Position numbers and translations under genes: made by a program
Notes under the pieces: model-generated
Told to the model about the DNA's origin: nothing
The model's database searches: none
Seen by the model: only the letters and a program-made list of their open reading frames with translations
Shown: positions 63,839 through 64,000 of the stretch, one piece after another
Layout of the letters: the number at the start of each line of letters is the position of its first letter
Position numbering within the stretch: the stretch's first letter is position 1
From: Gammaproteobacteria bacterium
GTDB lineage: Bacteria; Pseudomonadota; Gammaproteobacteria; UBA4575
Assembly: GCA_965222615.1 (NCBI GenBank)
Contig: CBDCUI010000009.1
Location: 736,001 to 800,000, forward strand
Direction: 5' to 3'
DNA: 64,000 nucleotides

Positions 63839-64000
63839 AATTCATCCAACCTAGTCATAGTAAACTTTTAATCTTAATAATCCCATTATTTGCTTGACGA
63901 GCAAGCAGATAAGACTGCCAACAAATGGACACGGATGTTCATTTGAGGCGCGTGACACCTGGATGGTGTCTCGTGCCGACGGCATAGTTGTTCTGTGAAG

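Overview
AT-rich gammaproteobacterial chromosome window. 1-36.4 kb is largely the conserved housekeeping block: nuoG'-A, tRNA-Leu(GAG), secG, tpiA, glmM, ftsH, rlmE, greA, carAB, dapB, dnaJ/dnaK/grpE/hrcA with CIRCE, nadK, recN, bamE, rnfH, ratA, smpB, dnaQ, rnhA, mltD. folP, yhbY, fur and gloB are missing from their usual slots, and a family of ~120-215 bp inverted-repeat (MITE/RPE-like) elements fills intergenic gaps. A three-unit structured, GGA-rich repeat lies between tRNA-Leu and nuoA. 36.7-40 kb holds a Ser/Thr kinase, a PP2C phosphatase and an FHA protein. The best candidate for an undescribed system is 40.6-51.1 kb: an ECF sigma plus membrane anti-sigma, divergent from an OmpA-domain gene and two signal-peptide-bearing caspase-family (C14) proteases. 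A shared promoter-like motif TCTGACA-N14-CC(A/G)TCT precedes the ompA-caspase operon and three unrelated secreted-protein genes, and those three genes also share a collinear ~143 bp promoter/leader. A deletion remnant of a second caspase operon lies nearby. The right end holds a peptide ABC transporter, fabI, an FkbM gene bounded by a decayed copy of the fabI 3' end, and small accessory genes. All assignments are from motif reading by eye; no searches were run.
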